Below, piece after piece: positions 27,927 through 36,034 of a DNA stretch of 64,000 nucleotides. The stretch is taken from positions 57,757 through 121,756 of the forward strand of contig JBBASM010000004.1 in assembly GCA_040399285.1 (NCBI GenBank), given 5' to 3'. Made by a program: the position numbers and the translations under genes. The notes below the pieces were generated by a model. The model was not told where the DNA came from, did no database searches, and saw nothing but the letters and a program-made list of their open reading frames with translations. Every line of letters begins with the position of its first letter. The first letter of the stretch is position 1. Origin of the DNA: Prochlorococcaceae cyanobacterium. GTDB lineage: Bacteria > Cyanobacteriota > Cyanobacteriia > PCC-6307 > Cyanobiaceae.

Positions 27927-28673
27927 TCAACCCACCAGGGCAGCGGCCGCCATGCGGGCAATCTCCCGGCCCGTGAAGCCGATGTCCATCAGGGCTTCCT
28001 GATAGGAGCTGAGAAAATCAGCCATCAGATCTTCCTGGTCCATCTGCAGCACGGCGGCATCACCCGCCACCTGATCGAGCATGCGGCGCACGAGGGGCAG
28101 GTTCACCCGATTGGCCTCGATCAGTTCGTCGCGGACCGATTCGAGATTGGCCTTCAGCCATTCCTGACCGTAATTGAGGTGCGTGTATTCGTCCTTGACG
28201 ACACCCTCGGTGATCTTGCGCGCGAAGGGATCGGCAACAGGAATGTAAATATGGTAAGCAGAGATCGCAAAGGCTTCGATCAGGATGGCCTGGATCAACA
28301 GGCAGGTGGTCACCTTGCCCTCCGCGAGGGCGGCCTGGAAATTGTTGTGCAGCGGTGCGAAGAACTCCTTGGCGAAGGGCATGTCCGCCGTGACCTCAAG
28401 GTTCCTGGCACAGGCGGTGAACCCCTTCATGTGCTTGAGCTCCATGCGAGCCAGCCTGGCCAGCTCCTCGGCCTGGTCGGGCAACAGGGTGCCGATGGAG
28501 ATGTAGTTGTCGTGGGCTTCCTGTTCGCCCTCGATCACGATCGCATTGATGCGGCTGTAAGCATCCTTGTAGTCCGCGCTGCTGAAATCGGGGAGAGCAG
28601 CCTCCGGGCTGGTTCCAGGGGCGGCAGCAGCTACTGCAGAGCTGGGCTGCGAGGGGGTGGTCACGGACACCAT
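27927..28673 (-). CDS. ado: Aldehyde-deformylating oxygenase (alkane biosynthesis, ferritin-like di-iron)
   Basis: [75 protein letters not shown]. The ATG at 28673 (MVSVTT...) is preferred over the track start at 28856. Confidence 0.9.
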   Translation of the reverse strand: MVSVTTPSQPSSAVAAAAPGTSPEAALPDFSSADYKDAYSRINAIVIEGEQEAHDNYISIGTLLPDQAEELARLARMELKHMKGFTACARNLEVTADMPFAKEFFAPLHNNFQAALAEGKVTTCLLIQAILIEAFAISAYHIYIPVADPFARKITEGVVKDEYTHLNYGQEWLKANLESVRDELIEANRVNLPLVRRMLDQVAGDAAVLQMDQEDLMADFLSSYQEALMDIGFTGREIARMAAAALVG

Positions 28674-28716
28674 GACGGCCGCAAATCGAGGTCTGATCGG
28701 CTGACTGTAACCAGCA

Positions 28717-29553
28717 TCACCGGCTTTCAGCTGGATCCCGCTCCAGAGCTGATCCCTGGCGTCGCCGGGGCGGCCAGTCGCTGCCCAGCAGGCTCTCGAA
28801 GCGGGAGGTCCAGCCGGCCACCAGGCGCTCGAACAGGGCGGCGCCCAGGGCGGCATCGGCGCCGGCGGCCGAGCCGATCACGCCGCTGGCACTGAGCTCG
28901 GCGGTGAGCCAGGCCACGGGCACGGCGCCCTCCAGCTCCCAGCCCTGGGGGGGACCCGACGGCAGAGAACCGTCCCGGGGCCGCAGCGGGCCCACCTGCT
29001 CCGGGGCGAGGTGAAGCATCAGGCTGGTTTCGGCCAGGCCGGCATGGAGCCCCTGGTGGCGCTCGGGCTCGGGGATCAGTTCCGCCACCCCCTCCGGCCC
29101 GCTCCAGAGAAAGCAGGGCAGCACTCCCAGCGCAGGGACCTGCTCGTGCAGCTGGCGGGCCGCGGCCTGCAGCAGGGCGATCTGTCCGCCATGGGCGTTG
29201 AACAGCACCAGCCGCTGGAAGCCGGCCCGCGCCAGCTGCGAACCCACCGTGCTCACCAGCTCCAGCACCAGGGGAGCAGGCAAGCTGAGGGTGCCTGGGA
29301 AGCTGAGGTGCTCCGGGGAAAAGCCGAGCATCTGGGCCGGCAGCCGCCAGATCGGCCGATCGGGGGGCAGGGCGCGGAGCACCGCCTCCAGCACCCGCTC
29401 GGCGAACAGCGCGTCGGTGCCCAGCGGCAGGTGCGGGCCATGCTGTTCAACGGCCCCCCAGGGCCAGACCACGGTGCTGCCCTCGCGGGCGGCCAGCTGC
29501 CGGACCTGGGTCCAGGAGAGGCGGGCGAGATGGCGTTCCGGCGACATCACCAT
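28717..29553 (-). CDS. Creatininase-family amidohydrolase
   Basis: [18 protein letters not shown] and [10 protein letters not shown] are creatininase-family metal-binding blocks. Confidence 0.75.
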   Translation of the reverse strand: MVMSPERHLARLSWTQVRQLAAREGSTVVWPWGAVEQHGPHLPLGTDALFAERVLEAVLRALPPDRPIWRLPAQMLGFSPEHLSFPGTLSLPAPLVLELVSTVGSQLARAGFQRLVLFNAHGGQIALLQAAARQLHEQVPALGVLPCFLWSGPEGVAELIPEPERHQGLHAGLAETSLMLHLAPEQVGPLRPRDGSLPSGPPQGWELEGAVPVAWLTAELSASGVIGSAAGADAALGAALFERLVAGWTSRFESLLGSDWPPRRRQGSALERDPAESR

Positions 29554-29719
29554 GGGTTCAGCTGCCTACAGTGTGCGGCTGTCAGTCCCCGCGGAGATGG
29601 CCGGATCCGGCAAGCCAACGCCCCCATCCCAGGGGGCACCGTCCCCAGGCAGGCCCGTTCCTCCCGGCACGCCTCGGCCCCAGGCCACGCCGCCGCAGCG
29701 CCGGCCGCCCCAGGTGCTG

Positions 29720-30943
29720 ATGATCAAGAAAGACGAGCCGCGCCGGGAGGACGCGTCGGAGCCGCCGGCCGCTCTGCAGGCCCCCACGCCGTCCGGCCCT
29801 GGGGAGAGCCCCGCACCTGAGGCCCCATCGCCGCAGCCCCCCACTCCCCAGTCCGCCTCGGCGCCCCCAGCGCGCAGCGATGACGAGCTGTTCGATCTGG
29901 GGGACATGGCCGGCCTCACCATGGCCGACCTGCTGGGTCCAGGCCCAGGCCGTACCGGCGGCCGCTCCCCATCCGGCCAGGGAGCCAGGGCCGCCGGCCG
30001 CGCACCCGCTGCCGCTGCCCAGCCCCAGTCCACCGTGGTGAGCCGCAGCGTGGACGACTTCGACTTTGACGCCGACGCCTTCCTGGCCGCCCTGGACGAG
30101 CAGGACTTTGTTGGGACCACCGGCGAGGTGGTGACCGGCACGGTGATCGGCCTGGAGAGTGATGGCCTCTACGTGGATATCGGCGGCAAGGCCCCCGGCT
30201 TCATGCCCAAGAAGGAAGCGGCCCTGGGGGTGATCACCAACCTCAAGGAGCGCTTTCCCAAGGGCACCGAGGTGGAGGTGCTGGTCACCCGCGAACAGAA
30301 CGCCGACGGCATGGTCACGGTGAGTGCCCGGGCCCTGGCCCTGCGCCACAGCTGGGAGAAGGTGCGGGGTCTGGAGAAGGACAGCAAGGTGGTGCAGGTG
30401 CAGGTGAACGGTTTCAACCGCGGTGGCGTGACCTGTGACCTGGAGGGGCTGCGCGGCTTCATTCCCCGCTCCCAGCTGCAGGAGGGCGAGAACCATGAGG
30501 CCCTGGTGGGCAAGACCCTCGGCGTCACCTTCCTGGAGGTGAATCCCGAAACCCGCAAGCTCGTGCTCTCCGAGAAGAAGGCCGCCACCGCAGCCCGCTT
30601 CGCCGAACTGGAGGTGGGGCAGCTGGTGGAAGGCGTGGTGGCCTCGGTGAAGCCCTATGGCTTCTTTGTGGATCTGGGTGGCATCAGCGGCCTGCTCCAC
30701 CAGAGCTGCATCAGTGGCGGCCAGCTGCGCGACCTGCGCGAGGTGTTCGACCAGGGCGACCGGCTACGGGCCCTGATCACCGACCTGGATCCCGGGCGGG
30801 GGCGGATCGCCCTGAACACCGCCCTGCTGGAGGGCCAGCCCGGCGAACTGCTGATCGCCAGGGAGCAGGTGATGGCCGAAGCGGAGGACCGGGCCAACCG
30901 GGCCCGCTCGCTGCTGCGCCAGCAGGAGCAGCAGGCCGGATGA
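29720..30943 (+). CDS. Ribosomal protein S1-like protein with three S1 RNA-binding domains
   Basis: Three S1 repeats are present (GEVVTGTVIGLESDGLYVDIGGKAPGFMP, KVVQVQVNGFNRGGVTCDLEGLRGFIPRSQL, QLVEGVVASVKPYGFFVDLGGISGLLH), preceded by a Pro/Ala-rich N-terminus. The start is ambiguous: ATGs lie at 29552, 29597 and 29720. I list 29720 (MIKKDEP...) because it leaves room for the divergent promoters. Confidence 0.8.
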   Translation: MIKKDEPRREDASEPPAALQAPTPSGPGESPAPEAPSPQPPTPQSASAPPARSDDELFDLGDMAGLTMADLLGPGPGRTGGRSPSGQGARAAGRAPAAAAQPQSTVVSRSVDDFDFDADAFLAALDEQDFVGTTGEVVTGTVIGLESDGLYVDIGGKAPGFMPKKEAALGVITNLKERFPKGTEVEVLVTREQNADGMVTVSARALALRHSWEKVRGLEKDSKVVQVQVNGFNRGGVTCDLEGLRGFIPRSQLQEGENHEALVGKTLGVTFLEVNPETRKLVLSEKKAATAARFAELEVGQLVEGVVASVKPYGFFVDLGGISGLLHQSCISGGQLRDLREVFDQGDRLRALITDLDPGRGRIALNTALLEGQPGELLIAREQVMAEAEDRANRARSLLRQQEQQAG

Positions 30944-31857
30944 CCAGCACCGCCACCAGCTCCGCCGGCGGCCGCACGGCCATCGGTCCGGACTGGGAAC
31001 TGGATTACTACTCCAGACCCATCCTCGATGGCGACGGCAAAAAGCGCTGGGAACTGCTGATCTGCTCCACCCCGGAGGTGGACAGTGAGGGCCGGGCGCA
31101 GGGTGAGTCCTTTCAGTGGGTTGAGACCTGCCCCGCCGGCAGCGTGAACTCCATCTGGCTGCGGGAGGCTCTGGAGCAGGCCCTCACCGCCAGCCGGGAG
31201 GCTGGGTTCGCGCCGCCGAAGCGCCTGCGCTGCTGGCGGGCCTCGATGCGCACGATGGTGCAGCGGGCTGCCGAGGGACTGGGCATGGAGCTGGTGGCCA
31301 GCCGCCGCACCTATGCCCTGGTGAGCTGGCTGCAGCAGCGCCAGCGGGAGGTGTACCCGACGCTGGCGGGCTACATGGTGGGTCCCCTGGCCCCGGCGCC
31401 CGCCGCCATCCGCTCCGTGCCGGTGCCCCTGCCGGAAGCGGCCCGGGGCAACCGCTGGAGCTGGGCCCGCCTGCCCGTGGCCGCCCTGGGCAGTGCGGGC
31501 CAGTGGCAGAGCAGCTTCCAGGGCCTGGTACCCCTGCCGGCCGGGGTGGATCCAGAGGCCTCGGTTCCCGGCATCCGGCTGTTCGGAAAGGGCAGGGCCC
31601 TGGCGATTGCCGGCTGGCTGGCTGGCCTGGAGCCGGTGCGCCTGGAGATCGATGGCCGCCTGCTGGTGCTGGAGGCGGGCCTGGAGGACCGCTGGTCGCT
31701 GGGGACCCTCGCCGAGGAGGAGTCGGAGGCGGCGCGCCAGGCCTTCGCCCTGGCCCGGGAGCAGGCCGGCGGCCTGCAGTTCCTGGCCGTGCAGGCCGAG
31801 GAGAGCGACCAGCGCTTCGAGGGCTTCTGGCTGCTGCAGGATCTACCTGACCCCTGA
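30940..31857 (+). CDS. Tab2/ATAB2-like RNA-binding protein (DUF1092 family)
   Basis: The N-terminal block WELDYYSRPILDGDGKKRWELLICS is the conserved opening of cyanobacterial Tab2 homologues as I recall them. Its ATG overlaps the S1 gene stop (ATGA at 30940-30943). Confidence 0.65.
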   Translation: MTSTATSSAGGRTAIGPDWELDYYSRPILDGDGKKRWELLICSTPEVDSEGRAQGESFQWVETCPAGSVNSIWLREALEQALTASREAGFAPPKRLRCWRASMRTMVQRAAEGLGMELVASRRTYALVSWLQQRQREVYPTLAGYMVGPLAPAPAAIRSVPVPLPEAARGNRWSWARLPVAALGSAGQWQSSFQGLVPLPAGVDPEASVPGIRLFGKGRALAIAGWLAGLEPVRLEIDGRLLVLEAGLEDRWSLGTLAEEESEAARQAFALAREQAGGLQFLAVQAEESDQRFEGFWLLQDLPDP

Positions 31858-31874
31858 CCCCAGCACCCGCGTCG

Positions 31875-32714
31875 ATGGCCGAAGCCGTGGAGCCCCCGTT
31901 CAACCGCCCCGACAGCGCCTTCAACGCCCTGCCGGGCTGGACCTGGGTGGGCTGCTATGGGGGCTATTACCTGCAGGCCGACCTGCTGGCCGGCTTCGAG
32001 CACGGCTTCTTCACCCGCCAGTGGCAGGGGCGAGGCCCCGAGGAGCTGGCGGGCTACCTGAGCGCCGGCGTGACTGTGCATCGCACCCGCCAGGTGCACG
32101 GCAACCTGGTGCTGCCAGCGAGCGCAGCCACTGGGCCCGGTTGGCCGGAGGCGGACGGCCTGCGCAGCGACACCGGTGGCCAGAGCCTGTGGGTGTGCGG
32201 TGCCGACTGCACGCCCGTGCTGCTGGCGGATCCCGTGCGGGGCGCGACGGCGGCCTGCCACGCCGGCTGGCGGGGAGTGGCCGGCGGCATCCTGGCGGAG
32301 GCAGTGGCCGGTCTGGTGGCCGCTGGCAGTGCGGCGGCAGATCTGCTGGTGGCCCTGGGGCCCGCCGTGAGCGGCGCCAACTACCAGGTGCACCACAGCG
32401 TGACCCGCCAGGTGGCCGCCAGCATCACCCCCCTGCTGCAGGCGGACAGCGGCGAGAGCATCCAGGAGCCCTCCCTGAGCCAGGAGCTGGAGATTCTGGG
32501 CGCGGGCCATGCCCTGGGGGAGGATCCGGAGCCGGACAGGGATCGACTGGACATTCGTCAGGCCGCACGCATTCAGCTGGAGCTGCTGGGCATCAAGCCG
32601 GAGCGCATTGCCAGGTGCCCTCTCTGCACGGTGGCCGAACCTGAACTCTTCCATTCCTGGCGCAGAGATGGGGTCAAGGCCGTGCAGTGGAGTGGAATTG
32701 TGGCCCAGAGCTGA
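31875..32714 (+). CDS. pgeF: Peptidoglycan editing factor PgeF / YfiH (DUF152, laccase-domain) family protein
   Basis: QVHG, ADGL..., GADCTPVLLAD, ACHAGWRG and ...CPLCT...FHSWRRDG are the YfiH His/Cys/His site blocks. Confidence 0.8.
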   Translation: MAEAVEPPFNRPDSAFNALPGWTWVGCYGGYYLQADLLAGFEHGFFTRQWQGRGPEELAGYLSAGVTVHRTRQVHGNLVLPASAATGPGWPEADGLRSDTGGQSLWVCGADCTPVLLADPVRGATAACHAGWRGVAGGILAEAVAGLVAAGSAAADLLVALGPAVSGANYQVHHSVTRQVAASITPLLQADSGESIQEPSLSQELEILGAGHALGEDPEPDRDRLDIRQAARIQLELLGIKPERIARCPLCTVAEPELFHSWRRDGVKAVQWSGIVAQS

Positions 32715-32843
32715 CGACAAAACCACCACAGTGGCGCGGCCAGGAGAGCATTCAACAAGCCAATTGCGAAGGAGACACCTTCAGCCTCCCTTGCAGATGG
32801 GCGGAAAGATAGGCAATAATGCAGTTGCTGCATAGTTCATTCC

Positions 32844-33209
32844 ATGCTCACTGGCACAGACCTGCTTGCCAAGGTCAAAGAGCTTTCCGACGCATCCAAA
32901 TCCGACCTCGTTCGGGCCTGCGGATATGTCTCTTACAAGAAGGACGGCACAGAGCGGTTGAACTTCACCGCCTTCTACGAAGCCCTGCTCAATGCCAAGG
33001 GGGTGGATCTGGGCGCTCCCGCCAAAAGCGGCAAGGGTGGCCGCAAGCTGAGCTTCTTCACCAAGGTGCAATTCAACGGCAACCTGATGGTGGGCAAGGC
33101 CTATACGGCCCAGCTGGGGCTGGAGCCCGGCGACGAATTCGAGATCAAACTCGGCCGCAAGCAGATCAAACTGGTGCCCCTCGGCACCGCCGAAGACGAC
33201 GAGGAATGA
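32844..33209 (+). CDS. Cyanobacterial AbrB-like (cyAbrB) DNA-binding protein with a C-terminal SpoVT/AbrB domain
   Basis: 121 aa. The C-terminus NGNLMVGKAYTAQLGLEPGDEFEIKLGRKQIKLVPLG has the looped-hinge-helix AbrB pattern. A C-terminal position for this domain is typical of the cyAbrB clade. Confidence 0.65.
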   Translation: MLTGTDLLAKVKELSDASKSDLVRACGYVSYKKDGTERLNFTAFYEALLNAKGVDLGAPAKSGKGGRKLSFFTKVQFNGNLMVGKAYTAQLGLEPGDEFEIKLGRKQIKLVPLGTAEDDEE

Positions 33210-33254
33210 AGCGCCTCGCTGTTCACTGGGCCTGACCCAGCCCAGTCGGGCGGT

Positions 33255-34952
33255 TCAGGCCATTTGGTGCACCACTGCCAGGGCCAGTTGCTCCGCCACC
33301 TTGATCCCGTCGATGGCGGCCGAAAGGATGCCCCCGGCAAAACCGGCCCCTTCGCCCGCCGGATAGAGCCCGGGGGTGTTCACCGACTGCAGGGAATCCG
33401 GGCAGCGGAGCAGCCGCAGGGGTGAGGATGTGCGGGTCTCCACCCCGGTGAGCACCGCATCCTGCCGGCAGAATCCCGGCAGGGTGCGATCGAAGCAGGG
33501 CAGGGCCTCCCGCAGGGCCGAGGTCACGAATCCGGGCAGACAGGGCTCGAGATCCGTGAACAGCACGCCCGGTTGACAGGAGGGCTGTACGGCCAGCCCT
33601 TCCGCCGGCGCCGGCCCTTCGGGAGTGGGTGCCGGGTCCACGCTGGGACGCCCGGCAAGAAAGTCCGCCAGGCGCTGGGCCGGGGCCCGCAGGCTGCTGC
33701 CCCCGGCCGCGAAGGCCCGCTGCTCCCAGTGGCGCTGAAAGGCCACCCCCGCGAGCGGATCGCCAGCAGAGCGGCCATAGGGCTCCACATCGGCCATGGT
33801 CACGTTCACCACGATGCCGCTGTTGGCATTGCGTTCGTTGCGGGAGTGCTGGCTCATGCCGTTGGTCACCACGGCACCGGCTTCCGAGGTGGCGCCCACC
33901 ACCAGGCCGCCGGGGCACATGCAGAAGCTGTACACATCGCGGCCGAGGTTGGCGGGCTCGCGGCAGTGGTGCACCAGCTTGTATTCCGCCGCCCCCAGCC
34001 GGGGGTGACCCGCCGCCGCCCCCCAGCGGGCCCGGTCGATCAGGGGCTGGGGATGCTCGATGCGCACGCCCATGGCGAAGGGCTTGGCCTCCATGGCCAC
34101 GCTCTGGCTGTGCAGCCAGGCGAAGGTGTCGCGGGCGCTGTGGCCCACCGCCAGCACCACGGCCGTGGCAGGGATCCTGCCGCCATCGGCCAGCACCACG
34201 GCGCGCACCGCCCGGCTGCCCGGCTCCAGCTCCAGGGCGCTCACCCGGCTGCCGAAGGCCACCTCGCCGCCGAGGGCCTCGATGCGGGAGCGCAGCCCCC
34301 GCACCACGGTGGCCAGCTTGAACGTGCCGATATGGGGACGGTGCAGGGTGAGGATCTCAGGACTGGCGCCGGCATCCACCAGTTCTTCCAGCACTTTGCG
34401 CACGTAGGCGCGGGGCTCACTCACCTGGCTGTAGAGCTTGCCGTCGGAGAAGGTGCCGGCACCGCCCTCCCCGAACTGGGCATTGGATTCAGGATTGAAT
34501 GGGCGCTCGCCGCGCCAGAAGCCGAAGGTGTCGGCCGTGCGCTGCTTCACCGCCTGGCCCCGCTCCAGCAGCAGGGGCCGCAGCCCCATCTGGGCCAGCA
34601 GCAGGGCGGCGAAATAGCCGCAGGGGCCGGCACCCACCACCACCGGCCGGGGGCCCTGCCAGTCGGCCGCGGCTGTCACCGGCCGGTAGCGCTCATCCGG
34701 GGTGGGGCGCAGGTGGGGATCCCCCTGGAAGCGCTCCAGCAGGCGCGCCTCGGCTGCCGGCGAGAGGGCCAGCTCCAGGTCGAGGCTGTAAACCAGCCGG
34801 ATCGGCCGCTGCCTGCGGGCATCGACGCTGCGCTTCACCAGCCGCTGGCTGCGCAGCTGCTCGGGCCGCAGGCGCAGGCGGCGGCAGATCGCCGCGGTGA
34901 GCTCGGCATCGCTGTGGTCGAGGGGAAGCTTGAGCTCGCTCAGGCGCAGCAC
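33255..34952 (-). CDS. FAD-dependent oxidoreductase (COG2509-like NAD(FAD)-utilising dehydrogenase)
   Basis: The N-terminal ...LKLPLDHSDAELTAAICRRLRL... opening is followed by the dinucleotide-binding VVVGAGPCGYFAALLLAQMG and a C-terminal GLYPAGEGAGFAGGI. GTG start. Confidence 0.75.
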   Translation of the reverse strand: MLRLSELKLPLDHSDAELTAAICRRLRLRPEQLRSQRLVKRSVDARRQRPIRLVYSLDLELALSPAAEARLLERFQGDPHLRPTPDERYRPVTAAADWQGPRPVVVGAGPCGYFAALLLAQMGLRPLLLERGQAVKQRTADTFGFWRGERPFNPESNAQFGEGGAGTFSDGKLYSQVSEPRAYVRKVLEELVDAGASPEILTLHRPHIGTFKLATVVRGLRSRIEALGGEVAFGSRVSALELEPGSRAVRAVVLADGGRIPATAVVLAVGHSARDTFAWLHSQSVAMEAKPFAMGVRIEHPQPLIDRARWGAAAGHPRLGAAEYKLVHHCREPANLGRDVYSFCMCPGGLVVGATSEAGAVVTNGMSQHSRNERNANSGIVVNVTMADVEPYGRSAGDPLAGVAFQRHWEQRAFAAGGSSLRAPAQRLADFLAGRPSVDPAPTPEGPAPAEGLAVQPSCQPGVLFTDLEPCLPGFVTSALREALPCFDRTLPGFCRQDAVLTGVETRTSSPLRLLRCPDSLQSVNTPGLYPAGEGAGFAGGILSAAIDGIKVAEQLALAVVHQMA

Positions 34953-35084
34953 GGTTCACTCCCCAGGCAACAGGTTGCCGTGGAGCAACGCCGCGGCATC
35001 TTCATTTCAGCAGGCCTCAGCCCCGGCCCGGCTCTGCCAGGCTGAGGGTCTCCCTGGCCACGTGCCACCGATGGCCCTGAACCG

Positions 35085-35198
35085 ATGTCGCTGAGCCACT
35101 GTCCCCTCTGCGTGGCCCTGGCGGTGATCAGCACCCTGCGGGGCTTCAGCCTGGCCCTGCAGGTGTGGCAGCTGTCCTTCTCCGTGCCGGTGCCATGA
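35085..35198 (+). CDS. Candidate 37-aa transmembrane micro-protein with an N-terminal CxxC motif (absent from the ORF track, which lists nothing this short)
   Basis: ATG at 35085, translation MSLSHCPLCVALAVISTLRGFSLALQVWQLSFSVPVP, TGA at 35196-35198 overlapping the next gene's ATG at 35195 (ATGA). 34 of 36 sense codons end in G/C. Confidence 0.45.
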   Translation: MSLSHCPLCVALAVISTLRGFSLALQVWQLSFSVPVP

Positions 35199-36034
35199 GC
35201 TCCGCCCCGCCCCAGCCGGCCACCACCGCCACCCCCACGGCTCCCCTGCCCTTCACAGCCACCTACTTCGGCGCCAATGGCTGGCTGCTGGAGATGGCCG
35301 GCCTGCGCATCCTGGTGGACCCCTGGCTGGTGGGCTCCCTGGTGTTTCCGCCCGGCCCCTGGCTGTTCAACGGGGAGATGGGATCCCCCTGGCCCATGCC
35401 CGAGGCCCTGGATCTGCTGCTGCTCACCCAGGGCCTGCCCGACCACTGCCACCCGCCCACCCTGGAGCGTCTCGACCGCCGGTTGCCGGTGCTGGGTTCG
35501 CCCCAGGCTGCCGCCAGGGTGCGGGCCCTGGGCTTCGAGCAGGTGGAGGCCCTCAGCCCAGGCCAGAGCAGGGCGGTGGCCAGCCCGGACGGCGAACCAC
35601 TGCGCATCGAGGCCACGGCCGGGGCAGCGGTGCCGGCGGTGGAAAACGGCTACCTGCTCAGCCACAGCAGCGCCAGCCTCTACCTGGAGCCCCACGGCTT
35701 CCTGCCTGGCCCGGAGCAGCTGCCGCCCCGGCCCCTCGATGTGGTGATCACACCCGTGGTGGACCTGGGACTGCCAGTGGCCGGAGCTTTCGTGAAGGGC
35801 CGCAGTGTGCTGCCGGAGCTGATGCGGCGCTTCCAGCCACACACAGTGCTGGCCAGCACCAGCGGCGGCGACGTGCGCTACTCCGGCCTGCTCAGCCGGC
35901 TGCTCTGGCAGAAGGGATCGGCGGCCGAGGCTGGCGCGTCCCTCCAGGCCGCTGCTGCCGGCACTGGCCAGGGGGGGTGCCGACTGATCGATCCCGTACC
36001 CGGCCAGGCGATCAGCCTCAGCCAGCAGCGCTGA
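35195..36034 (+). CDS. Metallo-beta-lactamase-fold hydrolase-like protein
   Basis: YFGANGWLLEMAGLRILVDPW... and LLLLTQGLPDHCHPPTL resemble the beta-lactamase-fold (MBL_fold_2-like) opening and His/Asp motif. The ATG at 35195 is preferred, because the upstream part of the track ORF has low GC3. Confidence 0.6.
   Translation: MSSAPPQPATTATPTAPLPFTATYFGANGWLLEMAGLRILVDPWLVGSLVFPPGPWLFNGEMGSPWPMPEALDLLLLTQGLPDHCHPPTLERLDRRLPVLGSPQAAARVRALGFEQVEALSPGQSRAVASPDGEPLRIEATAGAAVPAVENGYLLSHSSASLYLEPHGFLPGPEQLPPRPLDVVITPVVDLGLPVAGAFVKGRSVLPELMRRFQPHTVLASTSGGDVRYSGLLSRLLWQKGSAAEAGASLQAAAAGTGQGGCRLIDPVPGQAISLSQQR

Noticed and set aside
29198-29551. 5' extension of the S1-domain ORF (track start 29198)
   Set aside because: It is antisense to the creatininase-family gene, and its translation is Ser/Arg/Pro-rich nonsense. 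The real start must be at or after 29552.
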